42,658 bases of DNA, from NCBI GenBank assembly GCA_964236955.1, contig CAXSGP010000018.1, forward strand, positions 13,361-56,018, given 5' to 3'. Shown here in pieces: positions 36,948-42,658 of the stretch. The notes below the pieces were generated by a model. That model was given only the letters and a program-made list of their open reading frames with translations. It was not told the DNA's origin and made no database searches. Every line of letters begins with the position of its first letter. Positions within the stretch are counted from its first letter, which is position 1. The position numbers and the translations under genes were made by a program. Source of the stretch: an uncultured Oligoflexus sp. Lineage in GTDB: Bacteria; Bdellovibrionota_B; Oligoflexia; Oligoflexales; Oligoflexaceae.

Positions 36948-38519
36948 CTAGACAGGCATACGGCGCCTTAGTTTGTGCAGGATGACGGTCGCTTCCTCTA
37001 CCTTTAAGACTAGGCATAAGGCACCGTAACATAAACCAAATATGGCAATCGCCAAGGCTCCCGAGAAGAGATCGGGGAGGTGCAGGGGCCCAAGGAGGCG
37101 ATAGCCTCCAGCAGCAAGGAGACCACTGCTCGTAGCCGCGAAAAAAAGCTTGGCGAGGAAAGTTCCGGGCAAGGACTGGAAGGGAATGGCAGCTTTCAGG
37201 GCCCGTCGCAGCAGAAAAAATTCGAGCATGGCCGCAAGCCCGGAAGCAAAGGGAATTCCCGCTGTCGCCAAAGCTCCAGGCATATTGATCAGACGCGGTA
37301 GATAGAGGGCAAAGACCAGGGCTCCAAGCGTGCTCGCCAGCACGCGGTAGATCGAGCAACGCAGAGGGGTTTTGGTGTTTTTTAGGGCATAGAATGCCGT
37401 GGCCAGCAGCCGTCCCTGGGTTGACGCCAGGAGGCCAAGGCCCGAAGCTGCCAGGAGTATCCAGACGTAACGGGTATCTTCATCCCGAAATTTTCCCGTT
37501 TTAAAGAGTGCCGCAGCCAAAACATTTCCCATCAGGATAAAGGCCAGTGCTGAGGGGATTATAAAAAATGCTACATGCCTCATGCCCTGATGGAGCTTTT
37601 TTGCAACCTGTTGGTCTTGATCGGCGGTCGCCATATCGATGAGATTACTGGCGGCGATCGCCGTTCCAAATAAACTTGTGGGCAGGGTGTAGAGGATTTG
37701 AGCATAGCCGATGGCGGCTAGCGCACCGGTGGGGAGGAAACTTGCTATCATCTGCTCGACGTAGCCATTGATCTGTATGATACCCCGCGACATAAGATTG
37801 GGAAAAAACCGGCTCAAAATGGTACGAACTGGGCCGGAGCTGAGGTCGAGCCCTGGCTTCATATCCTTTATATAGCGAAGCATGGGGGGCACTTGCACGA
37901 GGACCTGAAGAAAGCTCCCCACCACAGCACCCCAGGCCAGGTTCTCGGCAAACCTATAGGCATCCTCGTCTTTGAAGAAGACCAGAGTTGCTATCATGGC
38001 GCCATTCCACAGCACCGGTGCTGCATAGGAGACAAAAAACCGGCGATGACTGTTGAGAACACCCAAACAAAATGCAGAGATGACCAGGAGCCCGATACCT
38101 GGAAATAATATTCTCACGAGTTTGACGGCAGCCTCCCTTTTTTCGCCTTCGAATCCCGGAGCGATGAGCCCGATGAGAAGAGGCGTGGCCACGAGTCCTA
38201 GGACTACGAGGAGGGTCATAAGGAGGCTTAGCAGGGAAAGAATGATACCGGCGACCCGGGCGGCCTCCTTGGGTTCTTTTTCGCTGAGGCCAGCATAGAC
38301 AGGAATAAACGAGGCCGACAAAGCGCCTTCCCCAAAGAGGTTCTGCAGGAGATTGGGAATGCGCAGCGCCGCACGAAAGACATCGGCCGCCGCAGTATTG
38401 CCAAAATAGTGGGCAAAGGCGCGCTCGCGCAGCAATCCGGCAAAGCGTGAGACGAGTATGCCGGCGGCGACAAATAGCGCTCCGCCCCGCGAAGGCCTGG
38501 TGTTGGTCTCTGTCGCCAT
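36948..38519 (-). CDS. murJ: Lipid II flippase MurJ (MviN)
   Basis: SRFAGLLRE, ALRIPNLLQNLFGEGALSASFIPV and FYALKNTKTP; about 14 TM segments. Confidence 0.95.
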   Translation of the reverse strand: MATETNTRPSRGGALFVAAGILVSRFAGLLRERAFAHYFGNTAAADVFRAALRIPNLLQNLFGEGALSASFIPVYAGLSEKEPKEAARVAGIILSLLSLLMTLLVVLGLVATPLLIGLIAPGFEGEKREAAVKLVRILFPGIGLLVISAFCLGVLNSHRRFFVSYAAPVLWNGAMIATLVFFKDEDAYRFAENLAWGAVVGSFLQVLVQVPPMLRYIKDMKPGLDLSSGPVRTILSRFFPNLMSRGIIQINGYVEQMIASFLPTGALAAIGYAQILYTLPTSLFGTAIAASNLIDMATADQDQQVAKKLHQGMRHVAFFIIPSALAFILMGNVLAAALFKTGKFRDEDTRYVWILLAASGLGLLASTQGRLLATAFYALKNTKTPLRCSIYRVLASTLGALVFALYLPRLINMPGALATAGIPFASGLAAMLEFFLLRRALKAAIPFQSLPGTFLAKLFFAATSSGLLAAGGYRLLGPLHLPDLFSGALAIAIFGLCYGALCLVLKVEEATVILHKLRRRMPV

Positions 38520-38743
38520 TGGATGTCATCCCCTCTCAACCTTGCAAGCGTTCGATTGATGATAGATCAAAGCCACAGTTTCCTTAAGGTGAGATTTCAC
38601 TTTTCACGCGGTGGAATCTCAGCCAAAAGGTAAGGCTTTGCTGGACTTCTCTTGGCTCATTCGCTTTAGCTGTGGCTCAGCCGAAAGATAGACGATAAAA
38701 CTATAAAGGGCCCAAGCCTTCTAAATAGGACACCCCTTTCACT

Positions 38744-40663
38744 ATGAATACTTCCTCATTTTTCGAAAGCTATAGCGAAAGGCTCGCGACCGATGTCGAT
38801 ATGCCTGAAGTTGATTCGTCCCAACTTGCTCAAGGCCTTGGCTGGCGTGTCATGTCCTCCAGACCGGCGCTGCGTATTGTTATCATTGGACTGGCCTGCC
38901 TTTCCGCCTTTTGTGGTTTGATGGGCCCTTATTTTCAAAAACTGTTTGTCGATGCCATCCTGCGCGAAAGTGATGCCCGGCTCCCGCTTTCCTCTCTTCT
39001 CACAAACATTTCCCTTGCCTTCGCCGCGCTCCTCCTTTCGCAGACCTTTGGCGTGATGTGCAAGCTTGTGTGTTCCCGCGAAGGCGTGATCATCAACCGT
39101 TGGCTTTCAAAAAGCCTTTATAACCATGGTCTCAAGCTCTCTCAGGCGAGCCGTCGTTCCAGGCCAACGGGTGAATTCGTCAATATCTTTGCTCAGGACG
39201 TCTCGGCTGTGACGATGATGGTTGACGAACTTTTGCCGATTGCCGTGATGTCCTTCATTCCATTCCTGGCTGCACCGCTGGCGGTGGGTTTTTATTTTTC
39301 TTTGCCTGTCCTGCCGCTGTTGATTGTCAGCAGTCTGAGTCTCAGCCTTCTCTTTGCAATGGCCTATCGGCAATCGGCTTTTTTTATAGCCTTTAAGCGA
39401 TTGGCGACCGAACGCCTCGCCGTGGTCAACGAATGGCTGCAAAATATGCGCATTCTCCGCATTCTGGGTTGGACTGAAATTTTTGAAGAAAAGATCTTTG
39501 ATCGTCGGCGCGTTGAGACTGTGAACCGCCTGGCCATGGTCACCAATGGATCAGCGATGAGCGCCTTCGCGCAGGTGGCGCCAGGACTGATTAGTATCAC
39601 TGGAATTGCCAGCGTGGTCTTTACCCATAAACGGGTTACGCCCGGCGAGATTTTTGCACTGCTTTGGGTGCTGTCGATTTTTCTGAGTCGACCCATACGG
39701 TCGTTGCCCTTTAACCTTGTCATGCTTCTTGATGGATTGAGCTCGTGCCGGCGTCTGCAAAGTCTGTTTGCATTGCCAACCGAGGATCACACTCTAGTGC
39801 ACTCGCACGCTCGGAATGGGGAGACAGCAATGGCTCTTGAGATCAAGGGCCTAAGGCTCGCCCTCGATGGAACGCCGCTCTTACAGAACCTTGACCTTAG
39901 CCTTCGGTCGGGAGAATTTGTTGCGATCATCGGCGAAGTCGGGGCCGGGAAAAGTCTACTGCTCGATTCCCTGCTGCGGGAGGCTCCGGCGCATTTTGAT
40001 AGTTATTTTATAGATGGAAACGATGCCCTGGCATTGGACCTAGCGGATCTACGAAGGCACTTTGCCTTTGCCCCGCAGGATGGTTTCATCATGAGTTCGA
40101 CGCTTCGCGACAATGTGGTCTTTGAATACGCGGCAGCCCGTGATTATGATGCGAGAGTTACGCATTCGTTGTGCCTTGCGGCCTTTCCACTGGAAAGGAG
40201 CGAGCTTAGGGGCGGCCTTGATACGGAAATTGGCGAGCGCGGGGTCAACCTTTCCGGCGGGCAGCGGCAAAGAGTGAGTCTGGCGCGCGCCCATTTTAGC
40301 GATCGGTCGATCATCCTTCTCGATGATTGCTTAAGTGCGGTGGATGTCGATACCGAGCGAAGCTTACTCGACCATCTTATCGAAGGCGCCTGGGCGAAAA
40401 AGACCCGTCTTCTCGTGACCCATCGGCTCAGCGTCCTACCGCGAGTCGATCGCGTGCTGGTGATGCAACAGGGTCGGTTCGTAATGGAAGGGACCTATGC
40501 CGAGCTGGTGGCAAGTTCCAAAGAGTTTCGGGAGCTGACAAGCAGCATGGAAATCAACGCCGTCGACTCAGTCGAAGGACAGACAACCATGGATTTTAAG
40601 GCGGAAAAGGCCGACGCCAAGGAGGCGGTAGCTGCAAAGGGAAAGGGAGGCAGTCATGAATAG
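38744..40663 (+). CDS. ABC exporter half-transporter resembling ABCC/MRP TMD1-NBD1
   Basis: GEVGAGKS; IGERGVNLSGGQRQRVSLARA; degenerate Walker B LLDDCLSAVD; LVTH. Confidence 0.92.
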   Translation: MNTSSFFESYSERLATDVDMPEVDSSQLAQGLGWRVMSSRPALRIVIIGLACLSAFCGLMGPYFQKLFVDAILRESDARLPLSSLLTNISLAFAALLLSQTFGVMCKLVCSREGVIINRWLSKSLYNHGLKLSQASRRSRPTGEFVNIFAQDVSAVTMMVDELLPIAVMSFIPFLAAPLAVGFYFSLPVLPLLIVSSLSLSLLFAMAYRQSAFFIAFKRLATERLAVVNEWLQNMRILRILGWTEIFEEKIFDRRRVETVNRLAMVTNGSAMSAFAQVAPGLISITGIASVVFTHKRVTPGEIFALLWVLSIFLSRPIRSLPFNLVMLLDGLSSCRRLQSLFALPTEDHTLVHSHARNGETAMALEIKGLRLALDGTPLLQNLDLSLRSGEFVAIIGEVGAGKSLLLDSLLREAPAHFDSYFIDGNDALALDLADLRRHFAFAPQDGFIMSSTLRDNVVFEYAAARDYDARVTHSLCLAAFPLERSELRGGLDTEIGERGVNLSGGQRQRVSLARAHFSDRSIILLDDCLSAVDVDTERSLLDHLIEGAWAKKTRLLVTHRLSVLPRVDRVLVMQQGRFVMEGTYAELVASSKEFRELTSSMEINAVDSVEGQTTMDFKAEKADAKEAVAAKGKGGSHE

Positions 40664-42581
40664 TAAAGGGCCGCTGCACGAGGAAAAAGGCCATGCAAAA
40701 TTAGGTCGCTTTATCGACGAAGAGGTGCGTTTTACCGGTCGTTATTCACGAAATGTACTCGCGACCCTGATGGAAACCTTTGCACCCTATAAGATCCTGA
40801 CCTGGAGCTGCCTCTTGGTAGGAATGATAGCCCGGCTTGGTCTCCTGTCGACCGCGAATATCACCGGCTACTGGGCCGATTCCCTATGTGAAAACGCAAG
40901 TTTTTGTCACCAACCCCCGAGGTTCTTCGCGGGCTATCAAAACATCGATTATCTTCATCTGCTCGGCCTCGTTGTGCTTATCGGATTTTTCTGCAATGTT
41001 TTTTTTCGCGTCAGTATTTCGCGCATCGGCGCCAAAGCCGTAAGCACCCTCTACGATGAAGTGACCATGCGGGTCTCCCGATTTCCAATGGAGTTCTTCG
41101 ATAAAACGCCGGTGGGCCGCATCATGAGTCGTTTTTCAAGTGATTATGCCTCGATTTTTCGAATGGCAGGCGGGCCGCTTGGAGAGTTCCTGGGGCTCGC
41201 TTTTGATCTTCTTGCGACGCTGGTCCTGATGTCGCTGGCAAGCATCTATTATGTGCCCATTGTACTGTTGGCCTGCGCGGCCTATTTCTGGCTCTATCGC
41301 TACCACACCCCAGCGATGCGGGCGAATCGAAGGCAATACGCGGCGGCGCGCAGCCCATCGGTTGCGCACTTCGCGGAGACTGTGCAGGGAGCTCGATTGA
41401 TCAAGGTTTACGGCAAGACCCCTAGTTTCGTAAAACGCTTCGAGAAGCAGGTCAATACCTTTGCTCGGGAGCGACTGGCGCTATCCCTGTCAAGCCAGCT
41501 CTATTCCTTTCACATGGCGTTAGTCACGGCCGTGTTGCTCCTGGTCACAGGCTTGACAGGAATATTTCTCGTCTCGACCGGCAGAGTCTCAACGGGTTCG
41601 TTGGCGACGGCATTTACCTTTATCCTGGTCGTGTCGACCACAGTGCAGCAGTTCTTTGAATGGCTCGCCAACTTTGAGGAGGCCCTTACCGGTGTCGAAC
41701 GGTTTGATAATTATTTGAGACGACCCCTGGAGCTGGGTTCTAGCCTGCCGGCAGATGCTCAGTATACGCCTAGCGTACGACGGATGAAAAAAGACTCGGA
41801 ACGCAATTTTTCTCCAGCCGAAACTGGGGCCGAAGTCCGCATAGAACATCTTTCCCTTCGTTATGGTCCGGATTTGCCCTGGGTTCTTAAAGATATCAAT
41901 GTGACGATTAAACCTGGTGAAAGGATGGCTATCGTCGGGCGGACAGGGAGCGGAAAGAGCAGTCTTATTCAGGCGCTTTATCTTATGTATCCGCCCGCCG
42001 AAGGGCGGGTGGTGATCAACGGAGTCACTCCTGACCTGTCAGCGCCGGAATCAGCGCCTCTGGCGAGGCAGGGTGCTGATCTTGAGCACTTTCGTAGGGG
42101 TATAGGTCTGATTCCACAGGATCCTACGCTCTTTCGCGGCACCTTGCGCGAAAATCTGGTCGCCACCAATTCGCCTGAATTTGATGCCCAGATTTGGGAT
42201 ATGCTGAAGACTATTGATCTGGACCAATGGGTGCTTGCCATGGGTCAGGGGCAGGCTCTGAATTATGAGATTGAGGAACGGGGTGGGAATCTATCGGCAG
42301 GTGAAAGGCAATTGATTTGTATGGCTCGCTGCTTTTTGTCTCGTGCCCCTTTGATTATTACGGATGAAGCGACCAGTGCAATCGATCCGGCATCAGAGGA
42401 ACTACTGGTGAAGGCTTTGGAAGAAAGGACGCGGGGACGGACGGTCATCATCGTTGCCCATAGACTTTCAACGGTGAAGTCTTGCGATCGGGTTTTGTGG
42501 CTGGATCAAGGCAAGGTGCGAATGTTGGATGGGCCTGAGGTGGTGCTGCCGGTATTTGCCAATAGCGCGCTTTCTAAGTGA
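40656..42581 (+). CDS. ABC exporter half-transporter resembling ABCC/MRP TMD2-NBD2
   Basis: FFDKTPVGRIMSRFSSD; VGRTGSGKSS; NLSAGERQLICMAR; DEATSAID; AHRL. 8-bp overlap with the upstream gene and its own GGGAGG RBS. Confidence 0.92.
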   Translation: MNSKGPLHEEKGHAKLGRFIDEEVRFTGRYSRNVLATLMETFAPYKILTWSCLLVGMIARLGLLSTANITGYWADSLCENASFCHQPPRFFAGYQNIDYLHLLGLVVLIGFFCNVFFRVSISRIGAKAVSTLYDEVTMRVSRFPMEFFDKTPVGRIMSRFSSDYASIFRMAGGPLGEFLGLAFDLLATLVLMSLASIYYVPIVLLACAAYFWLYRYHTPAMRANRRQYAAARSPSVAHFAETVQGARLIKVYGKTPSFVKRFEKQVNTFARERLALSLSSQLYSFHMALVTAVLLLVTGLTGIFLVSTGRVSTGSLATAFTFILVVSTTVQQFFEWLANFEEALTGVERFDNYLRRPLELGSSLPADAQYTPSVRRMKKDSERNFSPAETGAEVRIEHLSLRYGPDLPWVLKDINVTIKPGERMAIVGRTGSGKSSLIQALYLMYPPAEGRVVINGVTPDLSAPESAPLARQGADLEHFRRGIGLIPQDPTLFRGTLRENLVATNSPEFDAQIWDMLKTIDLDQWVLAMGQGQALNYEIEERGGNLSAGERQLICMARCFLSRAPLIITDEATSAIDPASEELLVKALEERTRGRTVIIVAHRLSTVKSCDRVLWLDQGKVRMLDGPEVVLPVFANSALSK

Positions 42582-42608
42582 TGGGGGGATTAGTTGGCAA
42601 AACTTCTA

Positions 42609-42649
42609 GGGGCTGTTGACGTTTGGCTACGCCAACGTCGAACATCCCC
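42609..42649. repeat. Imperfect inverted repeat (terminator or REP/MITE-like)
   Basis: GGGGCTGTTGACGTTTGGC-TAC-GCCAACGTCGAACATCCCC downstream of the ABC pair. Confidence 0.45.
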
Positions 42650-42658
42650 AGTAACGCA

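Noticed and set aside
36490..37359. 289-aa minus-strand ORF
   Set aside because: Out-of-frame overlap with murJ and antisense to 36505-36858; no motifs; shadow ORF.

Overview
Bacterial chromosomal window of about 42.7 kb with no rRNA, tRNA or CRISPR array visible. The gene style (many orphan lipoproteins, secreted hydrolases, a MIDAS/vWA adhesin, a Cys-containing C-terminal sorting tail, sigma28-type promoters) suggests an Oligoflexia/Bdellovibrionota-like organism; this is inference only. Recognisable genes: partial MFS transporter, GH76 + beta/gamma-crystallin, DoxX, matrixin-like, M36/M4-like and M49 peptidases, MarR-ClC operon, hemerythrin protein, APH-like kinase, MBL hydrolase, histone H1-like protein, GspG-like protein, degenerate HNH protein, SGNH-like hydrolase, NhaP antiporter, saccharopine dehydrogenase-like reductase, RIO1 kinase, murJ and a two-gene ABC exporter. 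Most notable: (1) the ABC pair looks like a eukaryote-type MRP/ABCC transporter split at the linker; (2) five sigma28-like promoters all precede exported or surface proteins; (3) an intact IS1202-type element with a 17-bp target duplication; (4) an AT-rich decaying islet with a secreted poly-Gln peptide and an internally deleted DUF5916-type gene; (5) a candidate three-way-junction RNA upstream of the ABC operon. All family assignments come from motif recognition by eye, not from database searches.
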